From the NCBI GenBank assembly GCA_050916045.1, contig CP051526.1:2560001-2624000 (forward strand): 64,000 bases of DNA, given 5' to 3'. The stretch's first letter is position 1. Every line of letters begins with the position of its first letter. Under the pieces are notes generated by a model. The model was not told where the DNA came from. It saw nothing but the letters and a program-made list of their open reading frames with translations, and did not search any database. The DNA comes from Tepidisphaera sp. GTDB taxonomy: Bacteria > Planctomycetota > Phycisphaerae > Phycisphaerales > UBA1924. Made by a program: the position numbers and the translations under genes. Shown piece after piece: positions 1-9,000 of this stretch.

Positions 1-96
1 GCCAACTTTCGTCCTATCATCCCCGTCGATTTCTCCAGCCGATCACGCACCGAACGCTTCCCCCTCACCCGGGACGTTCCACCGCCAAGGACCCGC

Positions 97-1191
97 ATGG
101 CCAGCGCATCCTCCGTTCTTTCGCCCCACGCCGACGCCATCCTCCCGCGCCTGAAGCTCCCGCTTCCGGACTTCACCGTTCCTCTTCCCCCCTTCGACCC
201 CGCGCCGGGCACCGAACGCATCATCCAGTACCGCGAAGCCCTCCGCGAAGCCATGTCCGAAGAAATGCGCCGCGACAAGCGCATCTTCCTCCTCGGCGAG
301 GAAGTCGCTCAGTACAACGGCGCGTACAAAATCTCCCAGGGCATGCTCGACGAGTTCGGCCCCAAGCGCATCATCGACGCTCCCATCTCCGAGAACGGCT
401 TCGCCGGCCTCGCCGTCGGCGCCGCGATGTACGGCCTCAAGCCCGTGATCGAGTTCATGTCCTGGTCCTTCTCGCTCGTCGCGGCGGACCAGATCTTGAA
501 CAACGTCCCCAAGATGCTCTACATGTCCGGCGGCCAGTGGGGCTGCCCCGTGGTCTTCCGCGGCAACGACGGCGCGGGCGGCCAGCTCGGCTCCACGCAC
601 TCCTGGTGCGTCGAAGGGCTCTACTCCAACGTCCCCGGCGTCAAGATCGCCATCCCCAGCAACCCCTACGACGCCAAGGGCCTCCTCAAGACCGCCCTCC
701 GCGACTACGACCCCGTCTTCTTCCTCGAGTCCGAGCGCATGCTCGGCGACAAAGCCCACGTCCCCGCCGAGGAGTACTACATCCCCTTCGGCCAGGCCCA
801 CCTCCGCCGCGAGGGCGACGCCTGCACCCTCGTCTCCTTCGGCCGCCCCGTCAACTTCTGCCTCGAAGCCGCCGCTGAACTCGCCGCCGAGGGCATCCAC
901 TGCGACGTCCTCGACATGCGGACCATCCGCCCCCTCGACATCGACGCCATCATCAAGAGCGTCCAGAAGACCGGCCGCATCGTCGTCGTCGATCAGTGCT
1001 GGCCCTTCGCGTCCGTCGCCAGCGAGATCGTGACCCAGGTCATCGAGCGTGCTTTCGACTACCTCGACCACCAGCCCCTCCGCGTGAACACCGAGGACGT
1101 CCCGACCCCCTACGCCAAGGGCCTCGAGATGGAGTACCTGCCGAACAAGGGCAAGATCATCAAGGCGGTGAAGAAGTCGCTCGGAATGTGA
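97..1191 (+). CDS. pdhB: Pyruvate dehydrogenase E1 component beta subunit
   Basis: Motifs LGEEVAQYNGAYK, IDAPISENGFAG, PVIEFM, DPVFFLE and LDMRTIRPLD; E2 gene lies downstream. Confidence 0.93.
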   Translation: MASASSVLSPHADAILPRLKLPLPDFTVPLPPFDPAPGTERIIQYREALREAMSEEMRRDKRIFLLGEEVAQYNGAYKISQGMLDEFGPKRIIDAPISENGFAGLAVGAAMYGLKPVIEFMSWSFSLVAADQILNNVPKMLYMSGGQWGCPVVFRGNDGAGGQLGSTHSWCVEGLYSNVPGVKIAIPSNPYDAKGLLKTALRDYDPVFFLESERMLGDKAHVPAEEYYIPFGQAHLRREGDACTLVSFGRPVNFCLEAAAELAAEGIHCDVLDMRTIRPLDIDAIIKSVQKTGRIVVVDQCWPFASVASEIVTQVIERAFDYLDHQPLRVNTEDVPTPYAKGLEMEYLPNKGKIIKAVKKSLGM

Positions 1192-1213
1192 TGGCCCCGT
1201 CGCGTCGCGCATC

Positions 1214-1768
1214 ATGATCGATCGCTCCGCTCGAAACCGCTACGCGACGATCCTCCGCCACCTGGCGACGGGACAACTGTCAACCGATACATTCTCGTTC
1301 CAAGCGGAATCCATCTGCCGGAACTCGAAAGACCCGGTGCTTTCGGAGATTCACGAGCACGCCGACGGACTCTACAGCGACCTGTGGGCCTATCGCTTGC
1401 GAGGGCGACACGCACTTGATGCTTCGTCACGTCGAGCGGTGGCTCGCATGATCCTTCTGCTTCGGTCGGACGAGACGGAGATAGACCGCGAGCCTGTATT
1501 CATGCCTCCGGGCCCGCTCGGCTGGCTTGATCTCGTGCGAGTCTTCTCCGCAATCATCGCGACGATCCATTGGGGCGTGCTGACCGGCGCCATAGGCCTC
1601 ATCGTCGGAGCGGGAACCGTCGCGAAGCTCCTGCATTCTCTTCACCTCAGGGAACGGACCTGGACGGAGACCTGCCGGAAGATCGCCGCCGGCGACACCG
1701 TTTGGCCGTTCGCCAGCGTAGAGCAACTCGCTGCCGCCAAGCAAGCCCGGATCTTTCTGCACGGCTGA
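1214..1768 (+). CDS. Hypothetical membrane protein
   Basis: 184-aa ORF filling the gap after pdhB, with a hydrophobic hairpin (VFSAIIATIHWGVLTGAIGLIVGAG); codon usage differs from pdhB. Confidence 0.6.
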   Translation: MIDRSARNRYATILRHLATGQLSTDTFSFQAESICRNSKDPVLSEIHEHADGLYSDLWAYRLRGRHALDASSRRAVARMILLLRSDETEIDREPVFMPPGPLGWLDLVRVFSAIIATIHWGVLTGAIGLIVGAGTVAKLLHSLHLRERTWTETCRKIAAGDTVWPFASVEQLAAAKQARIFLHG

Positions 1769-1777
1769 GCACCCTCC

Positions 1778-2524
1778 ATGATCACGCCACTCGCGAAGAG
1801 CCCGATCATCACCTTCGCGTTCCTGCTCCTCACGCGCGTAGCCCCGCTCGTCGTCGCAGGAAGCCTCATCCTCGCGTCGCTCGCATCCTGGATCGCCTAC
1901 CGCGAACTCGCCTCGGCCGAAAGCGGGGCGAGATGGTCCGGCACCGTCCTGACTTGGCTGGCCGTCGAAGCGACGAGCGTTCCAATGTGGCTCCTGCTCG
2001 CCCTCGTGCTCGCCGGCACCATCAGCGTCCGTCGCACCGGCTTCGCCAGACACCTTCTCGACTTCGCCTTACGGATCGTCGCTCGACGCATCCCCTCGGC
2101 TGAAACGTTACGGGTCACGAGCACCCTGCCTCCTGAAATCATGGCGGAGTTGCGTCAGGCGCTCGAACTGAGGGTCGAAAGCGGAGTCGCGCTCGCTCCG
2201 CCTCGACTCGGACCCGCCGCCAGGTGGGTCCTGCGACGGCTCGCCCGCGCATTTGAATCCGCTCTGCTCAACGTCCTCAAAGCCAAGATCGGCCCGGACG
2301 GTACCGTGGAACTGATGAACTTGCCCGACTTGATCGGGGAGGAAATCGACCGATTTCTGCTCCGAAAGGTGTGGCTGACTACCATTCTCGTCGCACTGGC
2401 GACACTCGCGATCAATGCCGGTTTGATCACCGGAATCGTCTCGCTTTTCGGACAGTTCCAACCGACCGTCCCGCCGTTAGTCCCGCCCTTCGACCCGGAC
2501 CTTGAGCCCATCCGGGTTGAGTAG
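1778..2524 (+). CDS. Hypothetical membrane protein
   Basis: 248-aa ORF 9 nt after the previous stop, with about 3 hydrophobic segments. Confidence 0.6.
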   Translation: MITPLAKSPIITFAFLLLTRVAPLVVAGSLILASLASWIAYRELASAESGARWSGTVLTWLAVEATSVPMWLLLALVLAGTISVRRTGFARHLLDFALRIVARRIPSAETLRVTSTLPPEIMAELRQALELRVESGVALAPPRLGPAARWVLRRLARAFESALLNVLKAKIGPDGTVELMNLPDLIGEEIDRFLLRKVWLTTILVALATLAINAGLITGIVSLFGQFQPTVPPLVPPFDPDLEPIRVE

Positions 2525-2582
2525 AATCGACCTTGTTCTGTCCTCGTCCTCAAGCCCGGCCCGGGCTTTCTTCGGAGTTCCC

Positions 2583-3920
2583 ATGCCCATCGAAGTCACC
2601 ATGCCCCGCCTCTCCGACACCATGCAAGCCGGCACCATCGTCCGTTGGGCCGTCAAGGAAGGCGCCAAGGTCAAGTCCGGCGAGGTCGTCGCTGACATCG
2701 AGACCGACAAAGCCACGATGGAACTCCCCATCTACGACGCCGGAACCCTCGCCTACCTCGCCGCTCCCGAAGGCAAACAGGTCCCCGTCGGCACCCTCAT
2801 CGCCGTCGTCGCCACCGCCGGCGAAGACCCCGCGGCCATCAAAGCCAAGTACGTCTCCGGTGGCGCCGCTCTCCAGAGCGGTGCGGCCCCCAAAGCCGCC
2901 GCCATCTCCAGTTCCGCCGCCGCTCAAACGCCCGCCAGCCGCGGCACCACCGCCGTTCTCGACGCGCCGGCCGCCGGCTCGCACGGAGCCAACGGGACCA
3001 ACGGCCATGGCGGACGCATCTTCGCGTCCCCCCTCGCCAAGAAAATCGCCGCCGAGTCCGGCATGGATCTGACCCGCCTCGCGGGCACCGGCCCCTCCGG
3101 CCGCATCATCCGCAAGGACGTCGAAGCCGCGCTCGCTTCCGGCGTTCAGACCCGCCCGGTGGCCGCCGTTCGCACGCCCATCTCCGCCCCCCCCGCCGCT
3201 TCCACCCTCACCGGCCAGATCGTCCCCCTCAACCAGATGCGCCGCACGATCGCCCGCCGCCTGGTCGAGTCCAAGACCACCATCCCGCACTACCAGGTCA
3301 CCATGGAGGTCGCCATGGACGCCCTCATGGACCTCCGCAAGCAGCTCAACGACCAACTCGCCGACCAGGGCGTCAAGCTCTCCGTCAACGACTTCCTCGT
3401 CCGCGCCTGCGCCCTGGCGATGCACAAGCACCCCTTCGTGAACTCCCGCTGGACCGGCGCCGCCGGCAGCGAGAACATCGAGCAGCTCGCCGACGTGAAC
3501 ATCGGCGTCGCCATCGCTCTCGATGAGACCAAGGGCGGCGGCCTCGTCGTCGCGAGCCTCCGGAACGCCGACCAGATCGGCCTCCGGCAGATCTCCAGCC
3601 AGACCAAAGCCCTCTCCGACAAAGCCCGCTCCAAGGGCCTCACGCTCGACGAGATGGCCGACTCCACCTTCACCATCTCCAACCTGGGCATGTTCGGCGT
3701 TGACCACTTCACCGCCATCATCAACCCGCCCAACGCCGCCATCCTCGCCGTCGGCGCCGCCATCCAGAAGCCCGTCGTCAAGAACAACCAGGTCGTCCCC
3801 GGCTGGGTCATGTCCATGACCATGTCCAGCGACCACCGCATCGTCGACGGCGCGATGGCCGCCGCCTACCTCAACACCGTGAAGAGCTACCTCGAACGCC
3901 CCGCGACGCTGCTGGTCTGA
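2583..3920 (+). CDS. pdhC: Pyruvate dehydrogenase E2, dihydrolipoamide acetyltransferase
   Basis: Lipoyl domain (IETDKATME), E3-binding domain (ASPLAKKIA..GTGPSGRI) and catalytic DHRIVDGA; start moved to ATG 2583, which follows GGAG. Confidence 0.94.
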   Translation: MPIEVTMPRLSDTMQAGTIVRWAVKEGAKVKSGEVVADIETDKATMELPIYDAGTLAYLAAPEGKQVPVGTLIAVVATAGEDPAAIKAKYVSGGAALQSGAAPKAAAISSSAAAQTPASRGTTAVLDAPAAGSHGANGTNGHGGRIFASPLAKKIAAESGMDLTRLAGTGPSGRIIRKDVEAALASGVQTRPVAAVRTPISAPPAASTLTGQIVPLNQMRRTIARRLVESKTTIPHYQVTMEVAMDALMDLRKQLNDQLADQGVKLSVNDFLVRACALAMHKHPFVNSRWTGAAGSENIEQLADVNIGVAIALDETKGGGLVVASLRNADQIGLRQISSQTKALSDKARSKGLTLDEMADSTFTISNLGMFGVDHFTAIINPPNAAILAVGAAIQKPVVKNNQVVPGWVMSMTMSSDHRIVDGAMAAAYLNTVKSYLERPATLLV

Positions 3921-3942
3921 TTTCACGGCTGACGAGTCTCGC

Positions 3943-4599
3943 TCACTTCGGAGCCATGAATCGCGCGAACGGCCACACCAATGGGGATAGCACCCAAGTC
4001 GCCGCGTCGCTCAGCGCGTCCGAGACCTGTTCACCCGGGCCTGGCTTGAGCCTTTCGCTCAGGGCATCCGCTCCCGCTGCCTTCGCCATGTCGCGAACTT
4101 CGCCCAAGACCTTCGCGTTCGCCCGCAGGTTCCGCTCGCCGATCTCCGTCATCGCCATCCGTTCGATCTCAACGAGCCGCGTTCGGAGGTCCGCGAAGTA
4201 ACCATTAAAGATCCACCAGATCTGAATCGGCTGTGCCGCCATCTCGCGATGCACCATCTCGCCCGCAAGCCGATCTCGACGCTCGCGCATCCTCGACAGT
4301 AACTCAATGCTCGCCGAAGGCGGCCACTCCTTGAAAAGTCGCTGCGTCACGTGTTCGAGATTGACCGAGATGAACCCACGACCCCAAGGCTCGTGCTCCG
4401 CGATGCTCCACAGCTCCATCATGGTCTGCGCCGCAGTCTCGTCCTCACCGCTCCTCGCAAGCTCATTCGCCGTTTCCACCGCCCGCCATCCGGCGTCCCA
4501 TCGTGCCTGCTCATCTCGAGAAAACTCCCCCGCGCCGCACCCGGCCAACATCCACGTCATCGCAGCCGCCAGAAATGCCGTCATGACGAGTCTGTTCAT
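3943..4599 (-). CDS. Putative lipoprotein (tandem paralog 3 of 3)
   Basis: ATG 4599 preceded by GGAGG; signal peptide MNRLVMTAFLAAAMTWMLAG-C with lipobox. Confidence 0.7.
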   Translation of the reverse strand: MNRLVMTAFLAAAMTWMLAGCGAGEFSRDEQARWDAGWRAVETANELARSGEDETAAQTMMELWSIAEHEPWGRGFISVNLEHVTQRLFKEWPPSASIELLSRMRERRDRLAGEMVHREMAAQPIQIWWIFNGYFADLRTRLVEIERMAMTEIGERNLRANAKVLGEVRDMAKAAGADALSERLKPGPGEQVSDALSDAATWVLSPLVWPFARFMAPK

Positions 4600-4635
4600 G
4601 CCGAGACCTCCAAACCTCGCGGCAAGCCGCGCACC

Positions 4636-4710
4636 GCCGACTTCAATCGCGACTGCTTCATCGATTTCTTCGGCGACGCCTTCGTCGGCGAATTCGAGAC
4701 CGTCTGCTGA
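4636..4710 (+). pseudogene. Decayed fragment of a GC-type dockerin domain
   Basis: Reads ADFNRDCFIDFFGDAFVGEFETVC*, against intact copies in this window such as ADVNLDEFIDFFDYDLFVEAFEFGC*; no plausible upstream gene body. Confidence 0.7.
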
Positions 4711-4741
4711 ACTCGCCCGAGGTCGCGAATCACCCGGATTT

Positions 4742-4780
4742 TCGAGCGGGGAGCCCCCGTGGTGCGGGCTCCCCGCTCGA
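4742..4780. repeat. Perfect 15-bp inverted repeat (REP-like hairpin)
   Basis: TCGAGCGGGGAGCCC, 9-nt loop, GGGCTCCCCGCTCGA; no clear U-tract. Confidence 0.7.
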
Positions 4781-4796
4781 TTCTGCACACTCTTGT

Positions 4797-5498
4797 TCAC
4801 CAGTCCTCGCGCCGAACGGGGTCGACCCAGTCCGGATTGCCGTACTCAAAGTCGATCGGGCCGCTCGTCGCAATGATCGCCATCGGCACCGTCACCGGCG
4901 CGGTCGCCACCACAAGCCCCGCCGTCGCGATCCCGTCGCCCACGCTCTCCGCCGCCCGACGCGCGGCCGAAGGCTCCACCTTCGCCGCCAGGTCCTGCCG
5001 CCCCGAAGCGATCAGGATGCCGATCACCGGCCGCACCGTGGACATCCCCAAGCCCGCCCGCTCGCGTGCTTCAACCGTCCTCGCGACAATCCCGGGCTCA
5101 CCCATGATCGCCGCCAGCCGAGCCAGCCCCGCCGACGCCCGCGTCGTCGCGTCCAGCCCCGAAGCCTGCACCGCAAGCTCCTCCAGCAGCCTCATCGCGT
5201 GCGGACGACCTTCCGGGCTGCGAAACGCTTCACGAAGCTCCTCATGCTGAGCCATCACGTACGTCCCGTGCCCCTCGCTCGCCGGACCCTCCGGCCCGCA
5301 CGCTTCCCGCCACACCACCGCGAACCCCCGTGCGGCGTGCTCAAGCCGCCCCTCGCGGGAAGCGACGATCGCCCCGCGCGAAACCTCGAGCGCCTGCTCG
5401 GCTCGCGCCCTCTGCGCCTCGCTCGCTCCACACCCGCCGAGCAACATCCCCGCAACACCGATGACAAGCACCTTCCTCAGCATTCTTTCCGTGTTCAT
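4797..5498 (-). CDS. Putative lipoprotein (tandem paralog 2 of 3)
   Basis: Signal peptide MNTERMLRKVLVIGVAGMLLGG-C with lipobox. Confidence 0.7.
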   Translation of the reverse strand: MNTERMLRKVLVIGVAGMLLGGCGASEAQRARAEQALEVSRGAIVASREGRLEHAARGFAVVWREACGPEGPASEGHGTYVMAQHEELREAFRSPEGRPHAMRLLEELAVQASGLDATTRASAGLARLAAIMGEPGIVARTVEARERAGLGMSTVRPVIGILIASGRQDLAAKVEPSAARRAAESVGDGIATAGLVVATAPVTVPMAIIATSGPIDFEYGNPDWVDPVRREDW

Positions 5499-5576
5499 AA
5501 CTCACCCTTCGCTTTCCAAAGCCCGCTCCGCCGGGCACTCACCCCACCCCAACCCGGACCCCATCCCCTGAATCCC

Positions 5577-6236
5577 TCAATACGTCGCCAGAAGCCCCGG
5601 CGTCAGCTTCGACCCGAACCACAAGACATCCCGCGCCCCCTTCGCGAACGCCTCACCACCCGTCAGCTCCAGCACCTTCGCCGTCTCCGGCGCGGTCGAC
5701 GTCGCCACCAACTCCGCCAGAACCTCACGCTGAAGCGGCGGATCCAGGAGCGGCTTGATGATCGCGCGATCCTCCCGCCCCGACGCCACCACACGCTGCA
5801 TCGACTCGCGATCATCCAGCGTAACCGCGAGATCGAACCACACCTCCGTCCGCTGCCCGTCCGCTCGCTTGGCTTTGACGTCATCTTCAAGCGTCGCGAG
5901 CAGCGCCGCAAGCCGCGGCCGCGCCAGCGACTTCACCGCTTCATCCTCGAGCGCCCGCATCGTCGTCCGGACCAAAGCCCGCTCCGGAATGCCACCCTCC
6001 GGCTGCGGCGTCACCGCTTTCTGCTCCCAAAGCCCGACCAGAAGCTCCGCCGACTCCGCGGCTTTCCCTTCCTCGCGAGCCGCTACCGACCGCACCACAC
6101 GAACCTGCCAGTCGTCCTGGCTCGCCTGCGCCTCCCGAGACAGCCCGCACCCGCCCAGACTCGCCCCGGCGACCAGCAAAAGCACCCCCGCCACCACCAG
6201 CACCAAACCGTCCCATCGAACCCGGAAAGCTCGCAT
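5577..6236 (-). CDS. Putative lipoprotein (tandem paralog 1 of 3)
   Basis: Signal peptide MRAFRVRWDGLVLVVAGVLLLVAGASLGG-C; start uncertain (6236 or 6266). Confidence 0.65.
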   Translation of the reverse strand: MRAFRVRWDGLVLVVAGVLLLVAGASLGGCGLSREAQASQDDWQVRVVRSVAAREEGKAAESAELLVGLWEQKAVTPQPEGGIPERALVRTTMRALEDEAVKSLARPRLAALLATLEDDVKAKRADGQRTEVWFDLAVTLDDRESMQRVVASGREDRAIIKPLLDPPLQREVLAELVATSTAPETAKVLELTGGEAFAKGARDVLWFGSKLTPGLLATY

Positions 6237-6376
6237 GACTCGACACTCCAAACCCACGACCCACAAACCCAGACCAGACCTTAGTTAGTACTTACTACTC
6301 TTTCAAGCCACCACCTGTTGCACCGCCCCCACAAAAATCACGCAAGTCTCGTATTTTGAACAACTTGCGCACCTCG

Positions 6377-6415
6377 AAAAAGCAAGCGGAGCCGACCCAA
6401 AGGGCCAGCTCCGCT
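6377..6415 (-). terminator. Rho-independent terminator after the epimerase gene
   Basis: Minus strand GCGGAGCTGGCCC-TTT-GGGTCGGCTCCGC followed by TTGCTTTTT. Confidence 0.7.
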
Positions 6416-6443
6416 CGGGGAACAGACGGTTTCGCGACAGGGA

Positions 6444-7745
6444 CTACTTCTTCTCGTTCTCGGTCTTCCACGAGTTCAGCAGGTTCCGCTCCTGGTCGTC
6501 CTTGATGCCCGAGCGCAGGTTGTCCTGCTTGGCGGGCGGGGTCGGAGCCGGCTTGCCCTGCTTGGCCGCCGCTTCCTCGGCCTGCTGGGTTGCCACCTTC
6601 GTGCGGAGCTCAACAGCTTTCGGCCACCACGCGAGGATCGCGGAAGCCGTCTCTTCGACGGACCGGAACTTCAAGCCCGCCGCGACCGCTTTGTCGTTCT
6701 TGCGGGTGTGGAAACCGGCCGTCTCGCCGTCCGGCGGCAGCAGGATCGGGAGCAGGCCCGCCGGCACCCCGTTCTTGCCAAGCCACTCGTACGAAACGTA
6801 CGTGAACGTCGCGTCGTCCTTGCCGCCGTTCTTCTTGGAAGCCGCGAGGCAGCCCGCCATCACCGCCGCGTTGGTCAGCTTGTCCTTGGGCCCGCAGACG
6901 TTCATCACGCCGACGGCTTTGTTCTCAAGGCACGTCACGACGAACTCCGCCAGATCGCGGACGTCGATGATCTGCACCGCGTCGTCGGCCGTGCCGGGCA
7001 CGAGCACCTCGCCACCCTTGCTCACGCGGACCGGCCAGTACGTGAACCGGTCCGTCGTGTCCCCGGGGCCGACGATGTACCCCGGGCGGAGGTTGGTCAC
7101 GCGTCCCGGCATCGCGGCTTCCGCCGCACGCTCGCACGCGGCTTTACCGGGGCCGTAATTCTCCATCTGGGCCCCGAACTGCTCGGTCGCGGGGTCGGAA
7201 AGGTCGCCCGTCGCGTCGCTCTCGTCCATGTTCGGCTTGTCGTTGGTCTTGTAGACGCTGAGCGTCGAGATGAAGACATACTGCCCGACGTTGGGGCCCA
7301 GCAGCTCCGCCGAGGCTTTCACCATGCGGGGGAAGTACCCGGACGTGTCCACCACGCCGTCCCACTTCTTGCCCTTGAGCTCATCCAGGCCCTTGGGCCC
7401 CTCGTTCTTCTCTTCGTCCGAGTGCTTCTCCGGATCGCGATTGCCGTAGAGCTTCTCGACGTTGTCCCGCGTGCCGACGTATTTCTCGCGGCGACCGCGG
7501 TTGAAGATCGTGACCTTGTGCCCGCGGGCCTGAGCCGCGTCGATGACCGCCGGCCCGAGGAAACCCGTGCCCCCGAGGATCAGGATCGAGAGCGGTTTGG
7601 CCGCTTTCTTCATCTCCTCGCGAGAAGGCGCGATCCACCGATTGGTCGCATCCGCCCGGGCCGCGACCCCAAGCCCCGCCACCGCCACCAAGCCACCCGC
7701 CGCACAAGCCGCCGAACGGGTCAGAAATTCACGACGTGTCGTCAT
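6444..7745 (-). CDS. NAD-dependent epimerase/dehydratase (extended SDR) with Tat signal peptide
   Basis: Twin-arginine motif TRREFL; Rossmann motif ILILGGTGFLG; YxxxK (YGPGK); LRPGYIVGP. Confidence 0.88.
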   Translation of the reverse strand: MTTRREFLTRSAACAAGGLVAVAGLGVAARADATNRWIAPSREEMKKAAKPLSILILGGTGFLGPAVIDAAQARGHKVTIFNRGRREKYVGTRDNVEKLYGNRDPEKHSDEEKNEGPKGLDELKGKKWDGVVDTSGYFPRMVKASAELLGPNVGQYVFISTLSVYKTNDKPNMDESDATGDLSDPATEQFGAQMENYGPGKAACERAAEAAMPGRVTNLRPGYIVGPGDTTDRFTYWPVRVSKGGEVLVPGTADDAVQIIDVRDLAEFVVTCLENKAVGVMNVCGPKDKLTNAAVMAGCLAASKKNGGKDDATFTYVSYEWLGKNGVPAGLLPILLPPDGETAGFHTRKNDKAVAAGLKFRSVEETASAILAWWPKAVELRTKVATQQAEEAAAKQGKPAPTPPAKQDNLRSGIKDDQERNLLNSWKTENEKK

Positions 7746-7842
7746 TCCAATGCTCCGGAAAAATGAGCAGAAACCGGCCCACGCGCCAGCCCGCTCGCGG
7801 GGGACTCTACCGCCCCCCCTTTCTTCCGGTTGCAGCGACCCG

Positions 7843-9000
7843 TCAGTGCCCGCCGCCCGCCTCGGTCCCCTCGACAAACCCCGCGATCGCCCTCCCCAAA
7901 ACCCGGATCGCCCGGTGGTACTCCGTGATCGAGAGGTGCTCGATCGGCGTGTGGTCCAGAGCGCTGTCGCCCGGCCCGTACGCCACGATGTCGCACGAAG
8001 CTCCCCACCTGGGCCCCACGACGTTCATGTCGCTGGTCCCCGTCTTGGTCAACAGACGCGGCTTGGCCCCCTCCGCCCGCTGAGCGACCGACAGCGCCCG
8101 CACCAAGCCCGTGTGCCGCTCGGAGACATGGGCGATCTCATGCCCGCTGCACTCCAGCCGAGCCCCGACCGGTGCGCACTCCTCGCAGATCCGCTCCAGC
8201 ACCGCCGGCATCACCCCCGGCGGCAAGCGAAACCCCGCGACCGCTTCGACGCGATCAAAGAGGCCGTCCCCCTCGCTCCTCACGCTCCGAAGCGTCGCTT
8301 GCACCGTGCCGAACGCCCCCGTCTTCCCGGCGTTCATCGCTTCAACGCGTCTGAGCACCTCACCCCACCACGCGTGCATGTCATCCACGACGCCCGGACC
8401 CGGACCCGCCGTGTGCACCACCGATCGCGTCAGCGTGAACTTCGCGAGAAGCCGTCCCTTGTACCCCAGCGTCGTCGCATCCCAACCGCTCGGCTCGCCG
8501 ATGACGCACGCCCGTGGCGTGTACCGCCCCGCCGCCGCGCGGGCCCCCCTGCTCGTCGAGATCTCCTCTTCGACCGCTCCCACCACCACGACGCGCCACC
8601 CGGGCGGCAGCGACCCGCGCACGTTCGCCGCGGCGCACACAAACGCCGCCAGCGGCCCCTTCGCATCCACCGACCCGCGGCCGTAGAACAGATCCCCCTC
8701 CACTCGCACCGGCACATGCCCCGGCACCGTGTCGATATGCCCGAGAAGCACGATGTCCCGCACCCCGCGCTCGCTCCGAAGCGGGTCCCCGCTCGTCGAA
8801 GCGACAAAGCTCCCCGTCTCGTCGATCGCCGTGCGAAGGCCAAGCCCCGCCGCCCGCTCACGGAGGTACTCCACCGCAGGACGCTCGAACCGAGAGACGC
8901 TCGGCACTTCGATCAGCCCGCGAAGCAGCGAGAACGCCGCTTCGTCCGGCACCACGCCCGGAGCCGCCGTCTCAACTTCGACTTCCACGGGAACGCTCAT
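7843..9000 (-). CDS. lysK: [LysW]-lysine hydrolase (M20 peptidase, LysK/ArgE type)
   Basis: Motifs LLGHIDTVPG, GRGSVDAKG, VEEE, TGTSDMN and YGPGDSALDHTP; last gene of the lysW operon. Confidence 0.9.
   Translation of the reverse strand: MSVPVEVEVETAAPGVVPDEAAFSLLRGLIEVPSVSRFERPAVEYLRERAAGLGLRTAIDETGSFVASTSGDPLRSERGVRDIVLLGHIDTVPGHVPVRVEGDLFYGRGSVDAKGPLAAFVCAAANVRGSLPPGWRVVVVGAVEEEISTSRGARAAAGRYTPRACVIGEPSGWDATTLGYKGRLLAKFTLTRSVVHTAGPGPGVVDDMHAWWGEVLRRVEAMNAGKTGAFGTVQATLRSVRSEGDGLFDRVEAVAGFRLPPGVMPAVLERICEECAPVGARLECSGHEIAHVSERHTGLVRALSVAQRAEGAKPRLLTKTGTSDMNVVGPRWGASCDIVAYGPGDSALDHTPIEHLSITEYHRAIRVLGRAIAGFVEGTEAGGGH

Noticed and set aside
43..1215. 390-aa minus-strand ORF and other long antisense ORFs (2550..3926, 8514..10898, 13673..15799, 52454..54496, 55663..57828, 58972..61107)
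   Set aside because: Shadow frames of well-supported genes; expected in high-GC, codon-biased DNA and lacking any motif
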